From contig BCKZ01000003.1 of NCBI GenBank assembly GCA_001600815.1, positions 1,289,474 to 1,353,473 on the forward strand: a DNA stretch of 64,000 bases, given 5' to 3'. Position numbers and translations under genes: made by a program. The notes beneath the pieces are model-generated. The model was given only the letters and a program-made list of their open reading frames with translations. It searched no databases and was not told the origin of the DNA. Each line of letters starts with the position of its first letter. The first letter of the stretch is position 1. The DNA is from Alloascoidea hylecoeti (Eukaryota). This document shows positions 23,912 to 34,296 of this stretch, in pieces.

Positions 23912-25039
23912 ATGAAGTTCTCTCTCTTTTCTGCCGTCGTTCTTTCTGGCTTGTCTTGCGCCGTTCCTCTTCCTGTTCAGCATTTGCACAATGCTCATAA
24001 GAGAGCCGTTAATGTTGTTACTGTTCTAGATATCACCACCGTAACTTCCACTGCAGTGGTCGTTAATTACGTCCAGACAAAGGTCGTGTATGTAAATGGC
24101 GAGGGCTCTATTTTGTCTGCTGAGTTAAAATCTGCTACCTCGGCGAAACCAACTACACCAACTACACCAACTACAACCTCCACCACCAAACCCACTACTA
24201 CTTCCAAGGCTACTACTAGTACTCCAACTACTACTTCCAAGACTACTACTAGTACTCCAACTACTACTTCCAAGACTACTACTAGTACTCCAACTACTAG
24301 TACTCCAACTACTACATCAACGTCATCAACTAGTACTCCAACTACTACATCAACGTCATCAACTAGTACTCCAACTACTCCAACTACTTCATCAACTAGC
24401 GCTACTCCAACTAGTATTACTCCAACTACGATATCAGCTAGTACTACTCCAACTACTACATCAACTTCATCAACCAGTGCTACTCCAACTACTTCAGCAA
24501 CCAGTACTTCCTCCCAATATACTACTTCGGTAGTTTATGCTGAAGTCGTTGTTTCAACTTCTGCTGAGCCGGTGACCACTAGTTCTGAAGAGGCAGAGAC
24601 ATCCACAGTTACTAGTGCCAGTAACGTGGAAACAACTTCTTCTACCGAAAAAACGACAGATTCCGATGTTAGTAGCACTGAAACAACTTCTGCTGGTTCA
24701 TCTTCATCATCAAGCTACTTTTCCGCTTCAAAATCGGGAGAAGCCACTTACTACGCTGCTGGTCAGGGTTCATGTGGATACACCAATACCGACTCCGATT
24801 ATATTGTAGCCATTTCCAAGACTCTTTTTGACTCAGCGGGTGTTGCCAATCCAAACAACAATCCTTATTGTGGAAAATATCTCACGGTTTTCAGGGGCTA
24901 TTCAAGTGTCAAAGTTATGGTTGTTGATAGATGCACTGGATGTGACGAAAATGATTTAGATTTAAGTTCAAGTGCTTTCGATGAAATTGCTAGTGAAGAT
25001 GAAGGAAGAGTTGACGTTGTCTGGGCTTGGAATGAGTAA
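23912..25039 (+). CDS. secreted Ser/Thr-rich expansin-like (RlpA/DPBB) protein
   Basis: Signal peptide, KR site, long Thr/Ser repeat region, C-terminal GEATYY..GQGSCG...NPNNNPYCG...VVDRC.GC..DLDLS. Confidence 0.9.
   Translation: MKFSLFSAVVLSGLSCAVPLPVQHLHNAHKRAVNVVTVLDITTVTSTAVVVNYVQTKVVYVNGEGSILSAELKSATSAKPTTPTTPTTTSTTKPTTTSKATTSTPTTTSKTTTSTPTTTSKTTTSTPTTSTPTTTSTSSTSTPTTTSTSSTSTPTTPTTSSTSATPTSITPTTISASTTPTTTSTSSTSATPTTSATSTSSQYTTSVVYAEVVVSTSAEPVTTSSEEAETSTVTSASNVETTSSTEKTTDSDVSSTETTSAGSSSSSSYFSASKSGEATYYAAGQGSCGYTNTDSDYIVAISKTLFDSAGVANPNNNPYCGKYLTVFRGYSSVKVMVVDRCTGCDENDLDLSSSAFDEIASEDEGRVDVVWAWNE
24150..24495 (+). repeat. intragenic Thr/Ser/Pro tandem repeats
   Basis: Recurrent actactagtactccaactactac units (TTSTPTTTSK / TSSTSTPTTT). 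Confidence 0.9.
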
Positions 25040-28000
25040 TTATTGAATCTGTGATTCAATAATTCTCTTCACTTGTTACTATATATATTATGTCTCTCCA
25101 AAAATACCAAAAAGTTACATGGTTATGCCTATACATATGAGCTTGATGCTTATAGTGATTCATAAGGATAACTTATATGAATGTATGAAAATGCTTTATT
25201 TTCATTTTTGATTTCTTGAATGTTTTATTAAAAGATTTTCAGTCTTTTTATTTCAAATTCTCACTTTTTCAACTTGAAGGTCTTTCTTAGACTTGAACCC
25301 ATATTTATATTTTTATTTTTATCTTCTAATGTCTAGTTAAATGAATAGTTTCCCAAATTTCTGTAACTAATTTCATGATTAGTTGAAATGTTTTGAAAAA
25401 CTTTAAAACTTTAAAAAAATAAAACTATTAACGCTGTCTCTGTTTTTTTTCACCCTTGCATTTGATTGCAATTGTGTTCGTAAACATTGTGTATGTTCTC
25501 ATTTATGATTGTTTTTATTGTAACTGTAACCCTTTTTCATTGTCATATACGTTTATAAATTTAGATGTTTCAAGTTCTGATTAATGAATTACTCTCGTTG
25601 AGTCTGCATATTCTTGTATACTAGATTAAAGTTTATTTTACCTCTTCTTTTCGAAAAGTATTAATGTCGAATTATGTCTGCTGTAGTTTTTTGAAAACTC
25701 TACTCCAATTTATGTCATTCATAGTTCATTATTGATGATGTATGAGGTGATTTTATTATTAAGTCATTGCCCACTTAAGCAATGTGTCTAGATATTTTCT
25801 GTTATATGTTATGTAGATTAGTATTTTTGTTTCATGTTCGTTTATATAGATTTTAAGTCTCAAGCCTTTTCACTTGTCAAATATTTAGTTATAATTACAT
25901 ATTTATTATGGATAGTACGAATTTGGAACTTTTTAAACCTCAACAGTTACATGAATTTTAAATTTGTAAATTTTAACCGATCATTTCGGATTTCAACTAT
26001 TCTAGATCTATTTCGAATCAACTCCTCACCAGCTTATAATTCAGCCTGATTATATTAGTTTGCCCCTGGCCGTTGAACGTGCTCAATGCTCATATAAGAG
26101 TCATAACCCCTATATAGTTAATAATAATTATTATTATTTTAATAATAATATTTTGAGATGGCTGAAAATTGACATGAAATATTATACCGCAAATCCATTT
26201 AATTTCGCTCATTCCAATTACTAATTATCGGTCATCCAAAAAAATATTTTTCAGCTCGTTGCGTGCATTTGAATCTATTGTTAACTGTCATAGGCATAAT
26301 TAAATATTGAGTTCATTTTTGATTCTTTTATAGATAGGCTTAATTTATGGGGTTAGCTGACATTTTTTAAAACTTGGCATCCTGTATACACACTGTTGAT
26401 CATGGCCTTAAGCTTGAATAACTATATATATAATAGCTAGCTGTGATAAAGCCTCATACATATATATAATGTTCAAATATTTTCTTTTAACTGTTTTTGG
26501 TCGTATAAATTTATAATTATATATTAATATTAGTTAAACATGCAACTGTCCGAAAATCGTGATCGGAAATCATTGCGCGGATATCTGCAGCTGTTATTTA
26601 TTTTTATTTTAAATCTATGTATTTTTCCCATGCTACAGCTTAAACCTTTATGAACATAATAACTAGCTCGTCATACTCAATTAATATTGCAATCAATATA
26701 AGGCCAGCACTTCTTTCATGAAGTAATAGTATATAATTAAAATATCATGATGATTAGTTTTTAAAATTTATTCAGGTAAAGGCTATAGTTATTTATATGC
26801 ACCTCATGTGTACTGTACATATTAGTCTACAACAATAATATTAACCTAAAAATATTGTTACTTTTTAGCATTAATATTAATATTCATTACTTGCTTTAAT
26901 CTTTCCACTCGAACCTACACCAAAAAAGTTATTACTAAGATGTGTATTAACTTAATTTTATAAGTTTGACTTTACAAAAACAACTATAGAAAGATTGATC
27001 TAGAGACGCCTCACTGAAGCCAAAAATATATCTGCATTATAAGTTATAACTAGACAGAGAAGATTTGGACCTTTCTTTTTTTCTCTACAAAGTATTTTCC
27101 TGCTTCAATAAGATTTGTGTGAGCTATGACTGAATTGATTTGTAAGAGGTGATGTTATTTGAGTCTACTAATGTAATTAGAACAGTATATTTGGTTTAGT
27201 GGCAAAAGGTGTTTACTACCACACTAACATCATCAAAAGACTGAATTCACTAGATATTCTTTAAGCTTATAGATAAAGTACTTACCATCCTGTAATATTG
27301 GTACCCGCTCTTTTACTTTAATTTCAAAGTTGGAGAGTTCCTTCTTACCGTTTTTGATCGTTTATCTCGAGTGCGCAAAAAGTTTCCTTCTTACCATGAC
27401 ATCACCAATCGCTGAATTTTCACTGAAAATTTTTGCCTTGCCTCTCCTCTCATTTTTTGACTGTTTCATTTTGTTTTATAAGAATTCCAGATATTTAAGT
27501 AGGACAATTGAACGGTTTTTGGCTTGCTCATTGTGAACTCTAAATCTAAAATAAGTCTCCACATAGTCATTCCTGCCACCAAAAGATCAAGTTTCGATAG
27601 TATACCCTCGATTTATTTGTATTCGAAAATCCTCTTTTGAAGTATTCTTCGAGTTTAACAAAAGTTGTCAAGTGGTGGTATATCCAGTTACCATCATGCT
27701 CAAACGTCCAAATCCAAATCTTCTTGAGCCCCCGAGTTGACAGATAATGAATCTTTATGCTAAAATAACGATGATTATAACGAATTTAATCATTATGTAT
27801 TTCCTGGTCTCGGCTTTTCATTATAATTGTTCATCCTTGTATCATCGGCCAAAAGCATTTAAATATTTGTCAAATGCTGCCAAATACACCAAAATAATCA
27901 TTGATAATATAAAAATGGCAATTCACGAAAACAATTTAAAAAGTCGCCAAACATGTGCTCTATTAGTGATCTCAGTTATAATCAAAGAATCTACGAACTC

Positions 28001-28462
28001 TTACCATTCGACTATTGTGAGAAGAGCGTAAATCCAAGTATGTTAGCTGAACAATATAAGGAAGACGAAGTTAAACAAAAAGATAAAAACACTTGTTAAT
28101 AAGATGAATACTGATGGAAAAGATGAAAATGTATGCTTTGCAGTTTGTAATTGTAGTTATTCTGCTATGAGCTATAGTATCAATGAAGATTTTTTATTTA
28201 AACTTCATCCTTCAAGTTGATTTTAAAATAAAATTTTGAATATTTTTACTTCTCAATTATGTATCCAATTTGCACACCTTTTAACATATACTTTAAAGCT
28301 TCAATTTTCAACGAGCCTATGTTCTACTCTCAAGAGTGTGTTGACGGGTGGCGTGTGATGCAAGAGAAATCCAATCAAAGAGTTACCAGTATTGAAGAAC
28401 CTACTGATAACTAGTCTAAAGGAATCAAAGATTTTACGGTAAGAAGTTGAAATAGAAAACTC

Positions 28463-28510
28463 AACGAGGTAAACGAATAACGAGTTAAACAAATAACGAG
28501 GTAAACAAAT
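28463..28510. repeat. three tandem 16-bp units AACGAG(G/T)TAAAC(G/A)AAT
   Basis: Read directly from the sequence. Confidence 0.85.
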
Positions 28511-28996
28511 CACTTCTGTTACATCGGTCCAAACAACACCAAGTGGATAGAACGCCAACCATATTCCTATCTTCCACGTATTCATTATTAATCGTGTTTG
28601 ATATAATTCTTTAACTTCTGTGATATATATCATTCATTTCGCGCCTACTTGAAGCGAATTACTTTACCCAGGATTTAATAAAATAGTATGCAGATGTTGA
28701 AATTGTTTAATTGATATCTTTTTTATAATTATATACGTGAAGTCATTTAGTATTGGGGATAAACCATCGGGTGGAAGGAATGACTGAATCATTTTTACGC
28801 CCCAATATCTTACTGACGTAGCTAGTTTGAATAAAATTTTCAATATCATTATAAGAGTGATTAGTTATAAAAAATCAGCAAAATTAAGATAATAGCATTA
28901 GGAAACAAAAAATAAATCTAAAAACTCAGGAAACATTAAACAAATCATTATTAGAACATTTTGAATTAGAGAATAATGAAAACAATTAAATCAAGA

Positions 28997-29851
28997 TCAA
29001 AGAACAAACATAAGAATGAAAGAAGAAATACTCAACCATAAATCATGAAAAAAACGTGCTCTCAAGGTACTTGCACCTGAGCCTGTACTTTTTCCTTCCC
29101 AACTCCAACTGATTGTGATTCGTCCCAAGGATTCATCTGCTAACTTTTTAAAAGCACTAGGACTAAGATCGAGATCATGTTTTTCACAACCAACACAACG
29201 ATCAACCACAGTAACTGATACAGATTTTGAGCCGTAATACACCTTTATTTTTTGTTTGCAGAATGGATTATTATTGGGATTCCCTGTATCCTTTGTATCA
29301 AACAACTTTTTGGAAATAGCAACTATGTGGTCACTGTCACTATTTGTCATTCCACAGGCTCCTAGAGCAGGATTGTAATATGTGCCATCTCCTGTATATA
29401 ACGACCTTCCAGTTGAAGAAGCACTCGACTCATCTGATGAATATGCAGAGTCGGAATTTATAGTGCTTGAACTTGAAACTGATGTTGATAAACTGGAGCT
29501 GAAATTTGAAATAGATCTTGAAGTCTCATACGCCCTATTATACACACGATAGTTTAGATCTGGAGAATTCTTATTCTTGATCATAGAGGTCGGCTTTATT
29601 GAGATTTCAGGCTCGATGCTCGAAGTAATTATGCTATTACTGATAGCATTAATATTATTTGAAACTGAGCTAAAGTTGGGTATATCGCTTTCATTAGCGC
29701 TGATGTTGTTGATATAAAGTTCCTGTTCGGTTTCCTTGTAATTATAAGTGGGAATTAAATCTGCTTTACCTTGGGCCGTGATCGTAAATAAACACAGATA
29801 GAAGGATAGTGAATTTATCATCTCAATCCTGTACCTATATATTGATAGCAT
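28997..29851 (-). CDS. expansin-like (RlpA/DPBB) protein with hydrophobic C-terminal tail (possible GPI or TM anchor)
   Basis: TGDGTYY..LGACG...NPNNNPFC...VVDRCVGC..DLDLSPSAF; tail LWLSISSFILMFVL. The start may be Met11. Confidence 0.9.
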   Translation of the reverse strand: MLSIYRYRIEMINSLSFYLCLFTITAQGKADLIPTYNYKETEQELYINNISANESDIPNFSSVSNNINAISNSIITSSIEPEISIKPTSMIKNKNSPDLNYRVYNRAYETSRSISNFSSSLSTSVSSSSTINSDSAYSSDESSASSTGRSLYTGDGTYYNPALGACGMTNSDSDHIVAISKKLFDTKDTGNPNNNPFCKQKIKVYYGSKSVSVTVVDRCVGCEKHDLDLSPSAFKKLADESLGRITISWSWEGKSTGSGASTLRARFFHDLWLSISSFILMFVL

Positions 29852-30522
29852 CTAAAATTTTCTTTTCAAGTTCTTAAAAAATCAATTAAAAAAAATATTG
29901 CATTTAGAGTTTATGGTGAAGAATTTGCAATTGAAACATTATGGTTTTATAATTATACGTAATGGTCCATGGTGCATCGGAAAATTTTCCCAAAGTAGGA
30001 TGTGCATATCTGGCAATCTCCGCAACATTCTAAATTTCTAATAGACAAAGCTAACATAACGCTAATAGGTAAGTATAGGTTATATTCATACGAGAATCCA
30101 TAATTATATATATATTATATTTTTGTATTACTATATTCAAATTGATAATTAAATAACAAAATAAAAAAAAGCATTATATGGCAGTTGAAATAACTCAGAA
30201 ACTATATAATGCTTTAAGCCATAAGAAATTTTAATAAGAATAGTAGCATAAAAAGTATCAATTATATTCATTGTCGGATTAATAATCATTTCGAAAGTCT
30301 TATAACAAAATATAGCTATAATATTTTCATTTTCTTAAAAATAACGAGCATTTAACTTATAGCATCGTTACTAATTCTTAGATCTCCACACATAATTACA
30401 TCAAATATAATCTGCCCATAAAGTGGCCCCCATAAATTCCATATACCCAAGATAAATATAAATAATAAACATAAAAAGTTACAACATCAACATCAACAAA
30501 CAATAAGAAAGAAATTTCAAGT

Positions 30523-32364
30523 TTAGAGCATTTCAAAATCATCCTCCGAATCTGACAACGGATTCTCCCAGTCATCGCTGATTTCTGCTTCTTCTTCTCC
30601 TTCTTCCTTGAGAGATATCGTGTCATGATCAGCTAGTTCTTCCTTTTGTTTAATGTCATCTGTCTCTGTAGAATCAGGAAGCAAAATCTCTTCGTCTTTT
30701 GATTTTTCAACAGGGGAAATTTCTCTGACATCTGGGAGAGTTTGAACAGAAGCGGATGGAGACTCTTTTGGTAATTTAGGTAGAACAACCAAAGAAGCTG
30801 AAGATGATTTTTTGGAAAGTGATTCATCTGTATCTTTAATTTCTTCTTCGGTATCTTTTTCAATGACTAGTTCATCATCTTTGTCTTTAATTTTTTCTTT
30901 GATGTCCTTTTCAATTACTTCTACATCATCTTCATCTTTGATTTCTTCTTTGACAGCCTTTTCAATGACTTGTTCATCATCTTTATCTTCAATTTCTTCT
31001 TTGACGATCTGTTTAACGACCTGTTCATCAATAAATGTTTCTTTAACATTCTCAGCTTTAGGAATTCTAATGTTATCAATTATTACATGTCCATCCTCAG
31101 TGACTAATTGAATGTAAATTTTTTCTTTCATTTCATCACTAAATGAACCGGTAGTACAAGTAAGAATAGCAACAAATGATATTGTATCTTTTGGAGCAAC
31201 ATTAAACCAATTATCACTTGATTCAAGAGTACAATCAGTAAAAATTTCGGGAAGTTTTAAAAATAATTTTGGTGTCCAAGCAATATCTCCTGAATTTTCA
31301 AAAGTTAAAGACAAACAGAAAAATCCACCTGCCCATTCGGCTATATTCTTTGTTACTTTACCTGTCATTCTGGCTGTTTGGGCTTCGGTAGGTTCAGCAA
31401 CAACCCAATTTGGAAGTTGTTGAAAAGTAATCTGTGAGCTACCCACACTGCCTGCCCCATCAATAGAGCCACTTAATAAGGGTCTTTCCTCTTCCGTTCT
31501 CAAATGATTAGAAATACCTAAGGCGGGACGATCAGTACCCTCCTTGAGTAAATCTTTGTTCACACTCCGGTCTAAATTCAAGTTATTCAAATCACCAATA
31601 ATGTTGTTAAAAGATTCCAAAAGTAAGGGAGATGATGAACTATTAGTATTAAAGTTATGAACTCCGTTTATGGAATCAGATTCCATAGCTACAACTTTGT
31701 TTTCATAATAACTCTGTAGCTCCTTCATGTGAGATGCTACCATGGCCATCATCTTATCAGTAAGCTTATCCTCCAAATGTTTTTCAATCTCTGTAGATCT
31801 TTTATTAATAATAGCATCCATTTTTATTTCGAAACCAGGCGATTCAACTACATCATTCATTAAAGAAGGGCCACCCAATACCTTACCCAACTCCTTATGA
31901 ATATCATGACGAACTTGTTTTTTAATAATCTTTTGTAAACCATCCGGTAATTCAGAAAATTCTGGAAAGTTAAATTCTGGGGTTGAAGTGTTATTGTAGC
32001 TTTTGGTGGAGATGGAAAACCCTTTAGATTTAGCGGCGTCCTTATCTTTTTTAGTGATCTGAGCAATGAAAGATACATGACTTCTCACTTTTAAACTCCT
32101 TTCAAAACTTTTGAAGTCATCTTTAGACTGTAAAGCAATATATCTCATATGTCTATGGCTTTTTCTCCAAGTATCCAGTTTAAACTGTTTTGCATTAATC
32201 ATGTCATAAATTTTATTAGCAACGATATACTGGGTCAAAAACTGGGGTAATTGAAGTTCAGTAAGGCACCATGATGGAATCTCAACCTGAGAATCGATTT
32301 TCTTGTACCCATCTGGTGGATTTGTAAGGATAAATTTAATATGAACCGAAACCGAACCGTTCAT
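30523..32364 (-). CDS. NBR1/Atg19-like selective autophagy receptor
   Basis: PB1-like N-terminus (RKSH..YIAL.S.DDFKSF.RSLKV), coiled coil, FW-like LTFENSGDIAW, LPKLPKESP motif, acidic tail ending DDFEML (AIM F-x-x-L). Confidence 0.72.
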   Translation of the reverse strand: MNGSVSVHIKFILTNPPDGYKKIDSQVEIPSWCLTELQLPQFLTQYIVANKIYDMINAKQFKLDTWRKSHRHMRYIALQSKDDFKSFERSLKVRSHVSFIAQITKKDKDAAKSKGFSISTKSYNNTSTPEFNFPEFSELPDGLQKIIKKQVRHDIHKELGKVLGGPSLMNDVVESPGFEIKMDAIINKRSTEIEKHLEDKLTDKMMAMVASHMKELQSYYENKVVAMESDSINGVHNFNTNSSSSPLLLESFNNIIGDLNNLNLDRSVNKDLLKEGTDRPALGISNHLRTEEERPLLSGSIDGAGSVGSSQITFQQLPNWVVAEPTEAQTARMTGKVTKNIAEWAGGFFCLSLTFENSGDIAWTPKLFLKLPEIFTDCTLESSDNWFNVAPKDTISFVAILTCTTGSFSDEMKEKIYIQLVTEDGHVIIDNIRIPKAENVKETFIDEQVVKQIVKEEIEDKDDEQVIEKAVKEEIKDEDDVEVIEKDIKEKIKDKDDELVIEKDTEEEIKDTDESLSKKSSSASLVVLPKLPKESPSASVQTLPDVREISPVEKSKDEEILLPDSTETDDIKQKEELADHDTISLKEEGEEEAEISDDWENPLSDSEDDFEML

Positions 32365-32559
32365 CGTTTTTAGCTATTTTTAAAAAAGGGGAGATGGAAG
32401 AAGATGAAGAAAGAAGCAGTGGCGATAAATCTGCTATCACAAACAATCCTGGTGTATGGGTGTTTTGCTAATCTATTACCCGGATATTTGCGATGAACTG
32501 AAAATTTTGTTTTTTAAGATGGTTTTCATATTTATTATCACAACATAGATTGTTTTAAG

Positions 32560-33216
32560 ATGGCCAGAACAATCCTATCGAATGAACATGTGTCGGACTC
32601 AGACTCCTCAGATGAAGAGTTCCAGGCCCCAAAAGGGTCTAAACATACTCCTCTAAAGGGTATAAGGTCTATAGACACAAAGAAAAAACAAGTGTGGATA
32701 GTGAAACTTCCCCCAAATTTCAATACTCAAAATTTCAAGGAATTCCCAATCGAATTTGATGGGACACATCCAACTTTTGCATATAACAAAGGCTCTTTCA
32801 CTGCTATAGAGGATAATGAAATAGAAGATGTGGACTCTTTACAATCTCAATTCCCATTAATAGGTGATTCACCCTCTATAGAACCAAATCTTTCTAGATT
32901 TTATAATGTTGTAAAAAGAGAACAAATACCAGATATTCAAGAAAGTCTTATTCAACCAAAACCTAAAGTTAGAAAAATTGATGATCTCCGAATGAGATAT
33001 CAACCTACAGGATACAGTGCAGATGACTTTGAAGAAGCAAGAGCACCAAAGAGGGCTCGCAAAGTGAGGACTGAAAATAACAATGATATGGATATTGATA
33101 CACCTTTAAAAGAAAAGAAGGTTAAAAGTCATAAAAAGGATAAGAAAGATAAGAAGGACAAAAAAGTTAAAAAGGATAAAAAGGAAAAGAAACACAAAAA
33201 GCATCATGAAATATAG
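32560..33216 (+). CDS. RPA34: RNA polymerase I subunit A34.5
   Basis: VWIVKLP, LRMRYQPTGY, Lys-rich C-terminus. Confidence 0.88.
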   Translation: MARTILSNEHVSDSDSSDEEFQAPKGSKHTPLKGIRSIDTKKKQVWIVKLPPNFNTQNFKEFPIEFDGTHPTFAYNKGSFTAIEDNEIEDVDSLQSQFPLIGDSPSIEPNLSRFYNVVKREQIPDIQESLIQPKPKVRKIDDLRMRYQPTGYSADDFEEARAPKRARKVRTENNNDMDIDTPLKEKKVKSHKKDKKDKKDKKVKKDKKEKKHKKHHEI

Positions 33217-33348
33217 ATTGGAATTCTACAAAAGTTTGTACAGTATGAAGTTAAAAATATATTATTCATAATTTTCAACTAATTAAGTTATGTTACTAAG
33301 AAATAGAATAGTATTATTAATATCAATAAAATCAATAAGTTCTTCAAA

Positions 33349-34164
33349 TTATCGGCTACGATAATCTTTAAGAATCCCTCTCATGTGTACATTGGTGATT
33401 TTACCTCTTCTCGGTTTCTTTTGTTTTCTCTCATTAGCTTTTTTAGGGGCCTTCTTAATCGTAGCAGGATCCACACTGGTTGGTTTCAAACCGACATCTT
33501 CCAAACATTTTGGTAATTCTGGTGGAGGTGGTAATTTTATCTTATTCCAGTTTTCTACAAACTCTTCCTCAATTTGACCTAAAGGCACATCCCTATTTGC
33601 CCAGACTAGACGTGGAGAGTTCTCCTTCTTTGTTCTTAGTACTATTATATCATTTGATTTTTCTAATCGTTCTATAGCATCTAAACAGCCGTTCCACCCA
33701 TCTTTCAGTTCTTTTACACTGACACCTTTGGCAGTTTGTTGAGATCTCAGAAATGAGAGCAGATCTTCATCGCTTCTAATCGAATATAAAGATAAGTACT
33801 CTAAGGTGTCATTTTCAGCATTATATCTAATCCGATCAACACCTTTTAATAATGGCAATAAATCCCCAATCGGATAATTAAAATTTGCTTGTAATTCATC
33901 CACTCTGACGGGTCTATCATGCTCCTTGATAAAAGAAACAGCATGAAACATCTGCGTTGAAAGATGCTCTCCTCCCGACTCTTGTTGTATGATTTTCCTA
34001 CGTTTTTGTAGCTCATCGTTTGCAGGATTTATCGGTGATGGTGCTGGTCTCTTTATGGGCTGTGGAGGAGGGAGTGGCCGTGATACAGTACGCCTCTGCT
34101 CAGCAGGAGCTGTCTTGATTTTTTTCTTCAGAGCCTGTAGCTGGGCATCCAGGATCGAAGACAT
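33349..34164 (-). CDS. TFA2: TFIIE beta subunit
   Basis: GVSVKELKDGWNGC, VLRTKKENSPRLVW, GLKPTSVDP, RRGKITNVHMRGILKDY. Confidence 0.96.
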   Translation of the reverse strand: MSSILDAQLQALKKKIKTAPAEQRRTVSRPLPPPQPIKRPAPSPINPANDELQKRRKIIQQESGGEHLSTQMFHAVSFIKEHDRPVRVDELQANFNYPIGDLLPLLKGVDRIRYNAENDTLEYLSLYSIRSDEDLLSFLRSQQTAKGVSVKELKDGWNGCLDAIERLEKSNDIIVLRTKKENSPRLVWANRDVPLGQIEEEFVENWNKIKLPPPPELPKCLEDVGLKPTSVDPATIKKAPKKANERKQKKPRRGKITNVHMRGILKDYRSR

Positions 34165-34296
34165 GACTGGTACTGATAATTAACAATGGCAAACAGCATC
34201 TCTTTTTTGAATGTTGTTGTAGATGAACGGGTGTTGAATTTCACTGCACATAAAAAGCTAAAACCTCCCCGAAACTTCGTCTAGCATATATTCATC

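Noticed and set aside
28463..28510. Short tandem repeats as a CRISPR-like array
   Set aside because: No spacers, only three units, and a eukaryotic genome.
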